Numbered from the stretch's first letter, positions 23,867 through 37,238 are shown. The stretch: 64,000 nt of DNA from Geosiphon pyriformis uo1 (GCA_016748015.1 JAAOMT010000710.1:649372-713371); one strand, 5' to 3'. Made by a program: numbers and translations. Notes: generated by a model not told the origin, from the letters alone.

Positions 23867-25540
23867 GTGGATTATAGAAAACTCAATAGTATTACTTATG
23901 GAGACAGCTATTCAACTTTATAAATTTACTTTTAAAACAACTATTTGAGACAATTTAACAATTCACAATCCAAATAGAAATCACAATTAATAGATAAAAG
24001 ATATAATACAGAAACAAAAGCAAGAAAAGAGTAGATAAAAGTTCAATTAAAACTGAATGTTTTTATCCCTATAAACAATTAAAAAAAAAGGATATATGTT
24101 GGACCAAATTTAAAGAAATTAAAAAAGCTTTAAACAAATCAGCATTAGAACCAGTAACAAAAAAATAGACACCTGAAAACTTCAAAATATGGAAAGAAAG
24201 ACTTTTACTAGTCTACTGGTTCTATAAAATTGGTAAACAAATAGGATTAAGAACACTATATGAAGACTTTAACTAATAAATATTTAACAAAAAAGCTTTC
24301 AAACAAGTAGAAGTATTTATAAAAAGAAACAACTTAATATTATACTATAAAGCAGCATATTAATTATATGCAACATTAAAATACTGTTTAGTTATATTAT
24401 TACATAGCTTCTTAAAAACTATTACAATTAACAATATAAAACAAATAACAAATACACAGTTTAAAGACCTACAAAAAACAATATTTAACACAACAATCAA
24501 ACATTACATGGGAAATACAAATATTACAGATATATATGATTTTGCAGAAGCTCAATTTTAAAAAGAAAAAAATAATATTATCCAAATATAAAAACCAATT
24601 CAAATTATAAAAAAATGTAATTAAAACATAATAACATAAAATAACACAAGATAATACATAATAACTTAGAATAACACAATACAAAATATAAGAACACAAT
24701 ATAGTACAAAAAAACTAGTCAAACTTAAGATAACCAGTAATAATATAGAGAAATAAAGCAATAATTAGCAATAACAAAATAATCAAAAGCAGTTTTATAA
24801 AACTAAGAAAATTATATAAAAAAAAAGTATTTATAAAAAATAGAAAAAAAAAAAATAGACAAGAATCAACTTTCTTCTAACTAAATCTGGTACATATTTC
24901 TTGTTATATCTTATATTTTATATTACTAAAATAAAAAATATTAACAAACCCAAAATCTATATTTATATGATTTGTGTATTCCTATATTTTAGTTGAATTA
25001 ATCTTGTTTTTATCTTTGTTTTTAGTCAGATGTTTTTAGCATAAAACAGTCTTGAACTATTACAACTTGAACTAATCACTCTTGATTATGGTAATTAATG
25101 ATACTAATTTTTTCTCTTTTATTTTTCTTTTTTTTTCTGTTTTTTTTATAAAATGGCAACATAGAAAAATTAACTGTTTGAAAATAGACTTTATGATAGT
25201 CTGGTAAAAAAATAAAGCTTTTTTTAAGATTAGATATTAATATTATCTTATTAGCTTATTAGAAAAGTAAAAAAACATTACTGAATCTTAATAACTATGC
25301 TCGATTAGCTTGAAAAAGATAGTTCATTTACATAAAATTACAATACTATAAAACCATTTTTCTGTGTTTTATAACCAAAGAACTCTATAAATAAATTCAC
25401 ATCAACCAAAAAACTTTTAGAGACTGATAATATTGATATATTGAACAAGTTTACCAAAAAAATCCTCTAAAAGCTTCCTAGAAACCCAAATTTTGAGCAC
25501 TAAATATTACTCTCATATACTATTAAGTTTACTCATAATA
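23867..25540 (+). mobile_element. Remnant of older Gypsy element F (RT stub, 3' ORF, decayed PPT and probable 3' LTR)
   Basis: VDYRKLNSITYGDSY directly after B's LTR, then a 3'-ORF homolog (LLVYWFYKIGK...YYKAAY*LY...ITINNIKQITNTQFKDL...DFAEAQF), a purine run near 24560 and an LTR-like CTCTTGAT motif near 25080. The right boundary is uncertain. Confidence 0.65.
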
Positions 25541-26160
25541 TTGTTAATAAATTTTAATAAAAAAAAAACTTTTATTTAAAGCCAAAAAAATGTTTTATTA
25601 GTAATTAAAAACTGTTTTTATATTTATAAAGACTTTTTGAGCATTAAAACTATTAAAAACAAAAAAAAAGCTTTTTTTGTATTATAAATTAAAATATAAT
25701 AAAATTACTATATTAAAAAATTAAAATAATTACAAAATTCTAAATAATTATTTTATTATATTATTTTTTAAATTTATATTATTTACATTTAATAAAAATT
25801 CTTAAAATATTAAACATATATATATTATAAAAACAAGTAATAAAAAGAATATATTCACTTAAGTAATAAAAAAATTTAATATACATATTTAAATTTTTAT
25901 TGTTTACAATAAGTTTTTTAAATTCTATATTATAATAATTAATATTAATTTTTGAACTAAAATAATTATTTGATTTATAATATTAATAATTAAACAGAAA
26001 CTTTTAAAAATTGTTAAATAACAATATAATTAATAGTAAAATAAAAACTCATATTATAAAATAATAAATTTCTTAAACATAAAATTTATTACAAATAATA
26101 AACACATTGATAATTTTAAATATAATTAAAATAAAATGTAAAAGTTATAATCAAATATTG

Positions 26161-26723
26161 GTTTGTCTGGTCTGCCGGCCGGTGAATCTGCTGTTGTGCG
26201 TATGTTGTATGAGATAAGATCTGATAGCCGATTATATATGGCTGTTGCCAAGGGTTTTGTCTTGAAGGATTGGTTGTTGGAAGCTTGTGATTTGTGTGAT
26301 GGTAAGTCGGCGGCGGTCGTGAAGGTTGTTAATTTTGTGAGAGGTTTTGCGGTTCAGCACAGACTGGACATTTGGGTACCCAATGCTTCTTTGAGGCGAT
26401 TCTATGAGACTAACGGTTTGTTATCATCGGATGATGTTGTATTTTCTGATGTTTGTGGCCTGTCATCTCGATACTCTGATAAGGACATTCGTAGTTTGGG
26501 TTTCATTAGAGGAATTTTAATCAATTTTGGCACAGAATCTCCTTTGTCATAAGTGTCGTTTGGGTCACGCGATGACGCCTACGCCGTTCGCAACATTAAC
26601 ATGTAGTGCAGCCTTGTCTGGCTCGAGTGGCTGGTCACGTGTAGAAAAAGCATGAGCCACACTTATTTTAGTTGTATTGTAATAGGTAGTTGGGCTGCGC
26701 TCGTTAAATATATTAAAAAAAAA
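26161..26723 (+). mobile_element. 5'-truncated LINE (end of ORF2, 3' UTR, polyA)
   Basis: LYMAVAKGFVLKDW resembles the ORF2 C-termini of the other LINEs here. Shared 3' UTR motif TTGTCTGGCTCGAGTGGCTGGTCA, A-tail, and TSD CAAATATTG at 26152-26160 and 26724-26732. Confidence 0.9.
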
Positions 26724-26877
26724 CAAATATTGTTTTTAATTGCCCAAAATTACAAATGTTATCATTTTTAAATTAAGATATTATTTTAATAATAAAAAAT
26801 TGTAAATAACAGATATCCATTTATAAATAGGTCAAATAAATTACTTAATTTATTATATAAGATGTAAACATTTCTAA

Positions 26878-29800
26878 TTACAAAGTTTGGAAAAATTCTT
26901 CAACTTCGGTCACGAGCCCATCCAAAAATGCTTGATCTGTGCATTTGAATTCAACTGAAATGCTAGCAATAGATCTGGTTAATGGTTGATCAATTGTTTC
27001 CGAAAATGATTGGACTTTGTGAGAAGTATACTGATCAGAATCTTTAACTATTTGCTCCCGCATATTCAATTTTACCATTCCAGCCACTTGGTATCCTTGA
27101 ACAGTCTTGCCATATATAGTTGCAGCACCAGATACTTGTTCAACAATGTGCGTTCCCGTATAAAACAAGGACAGTTGATGTATAGTACTTTGGAATAATT
27201 GTTCAACGGATTCGGGAGAAGATGTAGAGTGGATATTGAGCGTACCCGTTGTCGCGCTACTAAAAGGAAAATCTGCAGACTTGGAAACCAGCGATTTGAA
27301 TTGTTTTGGGGAAATTGATGGAACTTTAAGCATAAATACTGAAATAGGTATGGGGAATGTAAAGGGTATTTCTGCGGTTGTTTTCTGCAAGTCTTGTTCA
27401 TCTGCCAAAGACTGTGAAAAAATCCCGAGGTTATATAGAGTTGATTTTATTTAACGGGAAAAATTCAAAGTGGAGCACGCTTTAAACATAAAATCTTACC
27501 TGTTTTTCGTAATTCAATCGCCCACTTACGTTTAGTCCGGTTCCAACAATACCAAGCACCCTGAATTCGACTATTGCTTCTTTATCTTCTCCCCTTATCA
27601 AGTCACCTTCTAATCTTATCAAAGTGCTTTCAAACTGAATATCCGAAGATGGGTCAAATTTGTAAACAATTTGTGAAATGGAAGGATCAAGTTCCCCTGT
27701 AGCTTCTGTGCGCCTCATATTAAAGACGGCTATTAATAAGGGTGGTTCACTTTTGGGTTCGATTGATGAGGCTAACCTCAATGTATACGTCTTTGAAAAT
27801 GTTAATAAATGAAAATTCAAAGAGTAATTAGGTCTTAGTTTGAGGAATTTCGGTAAATGAATTACTTTTTAGAAATTACTTACAATCTCTATACCATCTG
27901 AATGCGCTAATAGTTTTGAAGGAATTTTTAACATTTCAGCGTTATTTGTGCTTGCTTTCTTTTTATGGGATTTCAATACTAACGTAGGTATCTTTTTTCC
28001 TTTCTTTTTGACCTGAATTATAAGGGATTAGGTGAATGGAAAGAAAACTTTTTGGATTTGAATTTCATATATAGATAGATAGATTACTTCTTTGGCCGTC
28101 TTTTCCATCTTTTTCTTCGAAACCTTTATTCCTCCCTCCTCTTTATTCTTAGACACCTTTTTGGCTTTTCCTGTATTTTCATCAGTTAACGAAATTTCTC
28201 CGACGTCTTGCTTCTTCTTTATTGATTTATTCTTTTTAGATCCTTCTCTCTGTGTAAAATTAAAGTTTTTAAAGCATTATTACAGATAATAAATTCAAAT
28301 TGGACTTCAATATGAGTACCTTCTCTTTTGAGACACGTTCTGTTGCTCGGGCATGCATCAAACGCCTTTCTTCCATTTTCAATCTGTTAACCCGTTCTTC
28401 TTCCCGCCTTCTAACCTCTTCAGGACTAAGATAGACAGTTGGCTGTGGAAAGATCTCGTCTTCTGCAAGTGGTGTTGATAAATCAACATTGGATATTCCT
28501 GAAAAATCTACATCCAAGATTCCTTTATCTTGTTTTTTTATCCAAACACTTGAAGACTGTGAAGGTATGGTATCCTTTTCATCGTCTGACAGAGTGGCAT
28601 TCTCAGGCATCTCTCCGACATCTGTATATATAACAGGGCCAGTAGAGGGTGATGGTGGAGTAGACTCTCCCGGATTTGTCTTTTTTGATTTACGGGATTT
28701 GTTCGTTGATTTGTGTTTGCGTGCTATTTAAAAGTTGATTAGGGGGTAATTATTCAAGCGAAAATATTATTCTCCCATATGATAATTAATAAAGCGAAAC
28801 GAATCTTTACATTTAGTATCAAAATCATCCATTGTCAAGTGAACGATTTTTATAGAATCTACGTCGATCTCTTCAGGAGAATGATGTGAATATCTTGAAA
28901 CTTTAGGTTTCTTTGATGAGCCAGAGTCTCCACCTATATAATAAGGATCATTTTTGATTCTTTCTCTTCGCTCTTTGCGGCGCTAGGTAAATTGAGTTAT
29001 TGATAAAGCAGGGCTTTGGACTTAGTAAAAATCATAAAATGCTCCCTAAAAGTGAAATTTATTTACCACTTCATTGACTTCGTCACTTTCATCACTGCCG
29101 TATTTTTGTCTTCGAAGTGATTTTCGCCTCCTTCCAAACGTGGTGCCGTTTCCACTTGAAAAGACAAGATCTCCACTACCACCAATTTTTTGCCCATATC
29201 CATGACCATAACTTTCTTCAGGTTCTTCCCCTCGTTCATTGTCGCTGCATTGAGGATCTGGTATAGGCTCATGAATCCAAGTGTCTAAGTCCAGACCATC
29301 AGGTAAAGGAACCTTTTTCTGGGCTTTTGGTGCAACAGGATTGAGTTCATAAGAAAAGAAGAGTGGAGGTAGCTCGGTTACAATTTTCGGGGGTTTGAGA
29401 GTTGAAGCAAAAATTTTATCATCCTGGGGTGCTCCATTCGTGTCGAGAGTAGTTATATCCTTATATATTACTGTGAAGATTTCACGTACATTATATGCCT
29501 AAATAAAATAATGAGAAATTTTTAAAATTGTATGAAAAAATTGTTAAATTACAAAAAGAAACCATTTTTAAAGAATCTTACACGTTCTTGAACTTCCAAA
29601 TCAGTACAAGAACAAAACATTGGAATGTTATCTTTAACCAATGTCGTGGCACGTATTAAATCCTCTTTAGAGTCCCTGTCCCAATTATATAGAAGACTAT
29701 TGGCCCAAAAAGAATAGATTTTCAGCACGTTATGAACGTAGACAGCCTGGACGTTATGAGGTAATTTGGTGACGCCAGGTCGTAGCAAACATTCAATTAT

Positions 29801-32204
29801 CTGAAGTGGATTATCCAGATAGCTTGAAAATTATAAAATTATATTTTGAATCAGGATATAAATGAAATAACAGAGTTTGGCATTTGTTGTTATACCAACC
29901 TGCAATATTCTCCGGCAATCCACGCGGCAGCATAGAGGACCTCACAATTCGAATCAGGAAGGGTACAATTTTCCAGAATGGTTGCATCAAAGAGTATCCT
30001 TTGCTAAAAAATTAGCTAAGAATGAGAAAAAAATGTGCTAACATTAAAATTTATAAGATCCAAATGTGAAATTTTTATTAAAATCTACCATGGCTTTCAC
30101 ACAATACTGTCGAACGCTCTTCACTCGAACACCGACATCCATGATTTGATTACTCAATAAGTCTCCAACTTTTGTTCCAGCAATAAAAGTAAGGTCTACT
30201 AAAACTGCGACATACCATTCGAAATTTGCAATATTGTTGTAAGAGTTTTGAGAACATACAAAAACAATACGATTTATGATATCAGCACGATAGGCTGGTT
30301 CGAGTAGTGAAGGAGGACTATCATCAGCAGGAGATGGAAGAAGATGTGCCATCAACCGTTTGACAATATCAGGTAGATTTTTTTTATTAACCTGTAGCGA
30401 ATAAAAATAATTATGTATAAATAGTCAAAATACAATTATTATCATCATTGAATATTTACCATTCCGACAACTAAATCCAAGGCAGGCAATCGAATGCTAA
30501 TATCAGCATCATCGATACATTGAAGAATAATATCTCGATGTTCGGCAACAAGTTTTGGATGAGTGGGCACAATTTTACCCAAGGCCAATAAACCTATATA
30601 TTTGACTATGGTATGATATCATCTAGGAGTCAAAAATAAAAGACATGATTTCATAATCAAATCTGTTTGGCCTTAAATCATTAAATAGGATACGATTTTG
30701 ATCGGGATCCTCCAGGAAAGTCTTTAACTTGTTGACACACATGGCTGCAAGGGAATCCGAATTTGTTGCCATGCTCAACATCCCTCCAGTAATAACAGTA
30801 TGGACACATTCATATAACAAGGACATCGCTTGTGTAGTTTGAATTAGATTGGTAATAGGTGATAAGAGTTTCTTAGCAAGCCGAGGTTCGAGAGGAGTCA
30901 AAGCTCCAAACTAATGTCCATTATGTGATTTATTATTTAAGATATAATGGTTTTACGATTCTTCAATAATATTTAATTGGATAACATACCAGTTTTATAA
31001 TTTTAATCAGCATCCAATTATTTGATGAATTGGTAAGCAACTTGAACAATTGGGGTGCGAGTGATAAGTAATTTTTGGGATTTTTTCGAGCCAATTCACA
31101 TATAACATTAACAACAGCTGAGACGACAGCTGTAAAAATAGAGTTTTAAATTGAAAGGTTAAATCATAAAATCAATAGATACAATGATCTTATGAATTGC
31201 ACAACATAAAAATTAAAGAATAGCCTACAAGGATCTGGATCCTCCAATCGCTCTTTCAGCTTGGGGAAACTTAGCCTCAACCCTTCCGGATATTTTAAGA
31301 AGACTTTGTACAGAGCAAGAACAACCTTTTTGCGCACGTAAGGCCGGGAATGATTAAGCATAGCAACCAGATCCTGGCATAGGTCCCGTGCAAGATCAGG
31401 AGTAACAATGAGAGAAAGACCGTTGAGCGCGACTCCCACTTCGAGATGGTTGCTGGACGCAAGGTCCTAATTTTTAGCAGTGATTGATTGGGTTTTAACT
31501 TTTTACTGAATTTCTTTTTAAACACTAGAACAGGTGGACATAGTAAAATCATCAATTTTTATTTATTTCTGTTTTTTATTGATTTATTCTGATAGCTTAG
31601 ATGAAAGAATCTAAAGCACAAGTCTTTTCTAAAAATGGTCTTTGACAACAAATTAAGGTTATGAGAATAAGTTTTACTTGATGTCACAACCTGAGTTTGT
31701 GTTCAAGGACTTCAAAACCCATTGCTCGCAGAGCCCAATTGATGAAAGGAACTCAAACTTCATTTTGATCGAAAGAACCTCGCTTCCTACCTTTTTTAAC
31801 AGATTAGTTGTCAGCATTAAGACATCGGTCTCCTGACTAAAGGATTGGGTAGCTGCCAAGTATCCTGAACGTTTGTGATTGAATTTGGCGGACGACATGA
31901 CTTCAACCACATGAAACGAGGCCCATGACATGTCGTAGCCGAGCATTTGAAGCTAATGAAGGTAATTTAAAACGAAAATGGGTGATTCCTCTTGTTTCTC
32001 CTTGGAAATTAATGTATTTGTGGTTCAAGTCTGGTTTTTACTTCATACATATGTTAATTTAGAGACCGCCGTGGCCTTTACGTCAGGGTCATTGCTCTTC
32101 ACCTCCTTGCGTATTTCTTGCAATCGTTCTGCAATGTATCTTTGTTCGTTTTTCTTATTCGCTCGAATACCGCGTATCAGCCCAGATAAAGTCTCCTCAA
32201 ACAT
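26878..32204 (-). CDS. APL5: AP-3 complex subunit delta (delta-adaptin), multi-exon
   Basis: MFEETLSGLIRGIRANK; MLGYDMSWASFHVVEVMSS; TDVLMLTTNLLKK; RPYVRKKVVLALYKVFLKYPEGLR; WMLIKIIKL; PLEPRLAKKL; NFEWYVAVLVDL; DLEVQER; VAPKAQKKVPLPDGLDLDTWI. GT-AG introns are in phase for the exons checked (32049-32204, 31791-31952, 31229-31466, 30990-31129). Confidence 0.96.
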
Positions 32205-32746
32205 TTCAGCGTCTCGGAGTAGATTCAAAAGGTAAAAGTCAGTATAAATATCAGAAAATCTAGCCTATTGTTTATATGAATTAAATTAAAGGATTCTTTA
32301 TTATATTAAAATAATAATTAAATTTAATTAGATTTTTATTTATACTAATTAAATAATTTAAACATAAATAAATTTAAACAAAAAAGTTATTTAGAAAAAT
32401 ACAATTTTTACAATTAAATGATAAAAATATTAATATAACTATTGTTATTAATTAAAATCTATAATAAAAATATGTAATATTAATTTTTGTTTATGTAAAA
32501 TAAAATAAAATTTAAATTTAAATTAACAATATTAATTGTAACAATATATGGTTTAAAAAAATTTTATTCCAAAAAATAAATGAAATAAAATCATGTGGTA
32601 ATTCATATTAATTATTTTTTATAATATTATTTAATTATTAAAACGCGTCACGGAATAAAAGACGCCGTAGAACTTATATTTACCTCCACTCTTTGAAATT
32701 CTTAGTTCTACCGTTGCACACTTCTACCCCCACCTTTACAGTGACT
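32205..32746. promoter_or_regulatory. AT-rich divergent promoter region with an ACGCGT (MCB-type) site at 32643-32648
   Basis: About 540 bp between head-to-head start codons; the ACGCGT lies ~100 bp upstream of the DONSON-like ATG. Confidence 0.55.
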
Positions 32747-35666
32747 ATGCAGCCCAAGGAGGAGTCGCAAATCCCGCGAAAGGTCAAAGAAATGCCAGAA
32801 GCTTTGACTGCTCATGATTCAATTATAAATGTCCGTAAACCTGGCCAAGGGACAATTCCAAAAGCTCATTCAAACCCTATCAACAACAACAAAACGCACT
32901 TAGCTCAACCAGAAAAGAAAACTTCTTCAAGAAAGAATAATAAGACGCGAGAACCTAAAAGTGGGAAAAAATCCCATGAGAATGCCTTAAAAGAAAGTGC
33001 TAGCATCCTTGACAAGAAAAACTCTCGCGTCAGGAAACCGGTACAATCGTCACGAAAGAAAAATGCAAAAGAGAATTCAAAGCCTTTGTCTCCTCTTAAA
33101 GCAATCGAAAACGCCAATGAAAGCGATAAGTCAGCAGGTGAAGAAGCTCCTATAAATCTTCTTGAACAAGTAAACATAGTGGACGCGCTTGCTATATACG
33201 AGAAAGAGAATGAGGTGAATGTTTTTCTTTTGCTAATATTCCTTTTTACACTTATCACTTTCACTTTAGTAATATGTTGATTTTAGAAACCTTATCAACT
33301 CATGGATCCATGGATTCTTGAAGGTATAATATGAGAAACAATTTTATTCTTCTCGGATTCTCGAATGTTATTTGATTCGCCTTAATGATTTTAGATATAG
33401 TGGCTGGTGTTACTGATCCCACCAAATGGTTAAAACCGTCACCAAAACGCAAGGTAGATATCCTTAAAAGAAAGATAATGCTTTTCTGTTCAAGTCTTCA
33501 ATATCTCATAGAATATTGTTCCTCAGGCTTGCGATGAACACTCTTCATCCGCTCCAGATCCCAAAAGGTCATATCTTGCTTGGCCTAAATTACTATGTCC
33601 TTAAATCTCCCTCTGACTTATCAAACCTTTTTATTTTAGGTCAGCGATGAAAATAGTTAATTCTCACTACATCATATCAACTCCCTGAACCAATACAATC
33701 AACAATTGATTTCAACAGGAACACACAATCAACGAAAGGTTTGAAATTAAAACGTCCTCAGCAACCGGCTTTCTGGTCTGGCAAGTCTGAACCTAAACAC
33801 AGGGACGTCACAAATTCTAATTTTATTTCTGATGGAATCCTTAATACCGATACAAATGAGATTTCTCTAACTACTGGTAACGAGGAAATAAATGTAGAAA
33901 ATATTGATTCCTTAAAGTTATCTGCATATGGTGCACTAGATGAGAATTCTTTATCCGCTGCAAACACAAAGAAATCACCTATCGCTGAACCAATACAAAC
34001 TATTGTTGACTCAGATATGGACGCAAGACGAAAACAAAATCTGAGATTGAAGCGTGCTTCGCAACCTCTATCTTTAGGTGGGTTCGAAGTCAACGCTAAT
34101 ATTGACATAAAGGACGATTCTAATTATTATGGGGAGGCCAAAATTGATGCCAATGAGATCCCTTTACTAACGGCTAAAACTGAGGAAATAAATGCAGAAA
34201 CGGTGAAAACCACAAAAATATTAGCATTTGGTGTACCTGAGCATAAATCTTATCCGATAAAAAAAGGAAATAGGTCTTATTATGTCATGAATCAAGCGAT
34301 ACATTCGGTTAATTCAAAATTGGCGATTCCCACTGTACTGGATGATTGGACAATCAAAGATCATGTTCGAATATCGTCCAAGAAGCCTTTTACCTTTGAT
34401 GAACTACTTGTTTACACTAGTGATTTCCGTCGTAATCGGATAGGCACACCCAAAGATTTTGAGCTCGAGGTACGTGTATATTATTAATTAATCAGGATTT
34501 GATATAGATTCCCTAGTAAAACTTTTGTCTCATGTTTATCAAGGAATCTCGATATTATGAGTTTAGAGACTGCTTAAAATATTGGATTTACCCACAAAAC
34601 GAACTTTACGCCTTGGTGGAACGAAATACTGAAGAACTATCCGCGAGAAATTATAGGATGTTTCCCAAATTTCATGCGAAAGACATAGAGCAATTGGCAC
34701 AAAGTCAAAAATCCCGCGAGGATGAATGGTTTTACATAATTTTAGGTTTTCAAATTTAAACTTGGTTCTTTAAAGACTCCGAGTTATTAATTGTTCTGTA
34801 TTTTTAGGAAAGAAGCATTTGATTCTTTATATTTCAACTTGATAAACGGATCATGTTCCTATTTTTATTACAAAAATTCTGAATTCATTGCTCTCTTCCT
34901 TTCATCCAATTATGCTACGGGCGAGCAAGAACAACTCGAGGTAATCCTTAATCGCTCAACGGAACGTTTTAAAAATCAAATAACAGATCAAGGTATAATA
35001 TAGATTGAAGTAATTTACACTCTCAAGAAACATTGAAAAGTAACGTTTAAGTTCTCCTTTCAATACACTCGTAGGTATAAGCTTCAAGATACCTTTATAT
35101 CAAACAGTAAATGACATGTACTATCAGGGACGAGAAAAGATCACCGAATCCAGGTTTATAACGTTCTTATTAATCGATGTTTTTGTTTGATTTTGACAAT
35201 TTATGTTGAATTTATCGAAATTATTTGAGTAGAAAGGTGGATAAGACCTTTGAATCTCTTTTGTTGATTGAGGGTTACGATCAAGTTACAAAACTTTATA
35301 AGCTTTTATTGGATTGGAGAGAACCCCATGACTCAGAAAGGTTCAAATTATTCCCCTCGTTCCTTTCACCGAAGCCAATGGATAATTTCGCTCGGAGGGA
35401 AGCGAAGGTTTGTTAATCAAATATCTATATATATCACCAAGAATATATTTCAATTTTTCACCCAATAGACTGTTAAAATCGGGTCGGATACTATCGAAGT
35501 GCATGGGCTCTTATTACCAACGAAGCTGACCTCTCTTCGTACATTGTTGGATGACCTTCATGGTCACAATGAGTATGATTTGCAAGTGCACCTCTCCAAA
35601 ATGTCCGAAAACCTCGAGAAATTTGAAAGACGAGATACGTGGGTTCCAGAACGCCTTTCAAATTAA
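32747..35666 (+). CDS. DONSON: DONSON (downstream neighbour of SON / humpty dumpty) family protein, ~10 exons
   Basis: Colinear family motifs: DWTIKDHVRISSKKPFTF, FRDCLKYWIYP, EWKEAFDSLYFNLINGSCSYFYY..EFIALF, STERFKNQITDQGISFKIP, ESLLLIEG, PSFLSP, IEVHGLLLP. 3' exon phases join correctly. 5' exon structure (33290-33720) is ambiguous. Confidence 0.85.
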
Positions 35667-36055
35667 AAGCAATATCAACCAACAGGCTTTTATGCTGTGT
35701 TTACGTCACAATTTTCAATCATCATAAAGCTTCAAGCTTGAGGTCCTTGAACAGAAGGTAAATATGATCGTAGGTTTAAGTAGAAAAGCAAAATCCACAC
35801 AACTTTAGTTGGACGACTCGTTACTTTGCTCAATGATACATACATGCTTGGGTTTAAGTGACATAGCTTGTTTCTTTTGCAAACTTTTTAGCGTATCGTC
35901 GGCTACGCTTTTTGTGTTTCACATTTTATATCTGCAAAATTTACAAGTGCAACTTGATGTCGACCACATCCTGCAATAAGATTAAAGCAATTGAATATCT
36001 GGCCAATTTTTTTTTTGGGTAAAATTTTCATTCTGTTAAAAGCCCATTCTGAAAT

Positions 36056-36394
36056 TCAATTCCCAAATAATATAGTCATTTTCGATATTCGACATAATAT
36101 TTTGCCATTGAAATTAAACCTCCCAAATCCTGTATTAAGATTACTTTTCGTTACGTACCCTGAACTGCTATCAGCTGCATTACGGCATGATCCTCGGTCG
36201 GAAAGAGTTTCGATGATGTTCAAAGAGCAATCATACTTCAGGCGACTATAATCATCAAGGACATAATACGCTTCATTGATTCTTAAGAATTTGCCTAACG
36301 CTTTCTCATTATCTGGATAATGTTCTTTGGAAAGCTTACATTTTTGTTGCATAGTAGGTTCTACTGCTACTTCAAGTACCCTGTAAAATCCCCT
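36056..36394 (-). pseudogene. Degenerate DnaJ/J-domain gene relic
   Basis: GFYRVLEV...KLSKEHYPDNEKALGKFLRINEAYYVLDDYSRLKYD resembles a J-domain, but HPD is altered, helix II is shortened and there is an in-frame stop upstream. Confidence 0.65.
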
Positions 36395-37155
36395 AGAGTC
36401 TGGTGAATACTATGTAGGTTCTGTTCAATACGCATATAAAAAAAGTGCGCATTGGGTAACAACGCTTGAGAAAAATGTTTACTGCATTTTATTGGAGTTT
36501 AAATAATTATTGAGAACTTGGGTTTGTAATTAAATCAAGTATTTTGACCTTCAGTTTAGAATAGTACATTTAGAATTAGGGAAAAATATATTAAGAACTT
36601 TTAATTAATCGAAAGGTTGATACTTGCAAACCGAAGGTTATGACTAGGTTTTTTTCCTACATTCATAAAATATTTATTCAAACCATTTACTTTGGACGGA
36701 ATTTGTGAAAAAATATTTACTTAACCAATTGTGAAAGAACATTTATTTCAATATTTTAATTCAGCATTCTTAGAATATGTTTTTTTCATATTCACAAATA
36801 TTTAATTTGGCATTTATAAAATAAACACTAATTTATGACAAACCAATTAGCTATATTAAAACTAAATGAAATTTTATTATTATTAACTGTGTTACACACG
36901 CAATTTAATTCAAAAACAATGTTTTATTTTATTCAAAGAATTAAATTAAAAATTATTCAAAAACACCATTCTTGAAAATTAAAAATTAAAGATTTAATAG
37001 AAAATGTATATATATAATTGATTAAAATTAAAAAAGTTATAAAAATAATTAAAATTGTGAATAATAAAAAATTATTAAACAAAATATATAGAAAATAGTT
37101 AGAGCACACTTATAAAACAATTAAACAAAATAAATAAATAAATTATAATTGAACA

Positions 37156-37238
37156 ATATATATATATATATATATATAATATGTTTATTATTTGTAAATA
37201 TTTATATATTTATATATTTATATATTTATATATATAAT
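37156..37238. repeat. (AT)n microsatellite plus TATATATT units
   Basis: About 11 AT units followed by several TATATATT units. Confidence 0.85.

Noticed and set aside
31467-31790. Unusually long adaptin intron as a snoRNA host
   Set aside because: A TGATGA box is present but I found no matching downstream CTGA or terminal stem.
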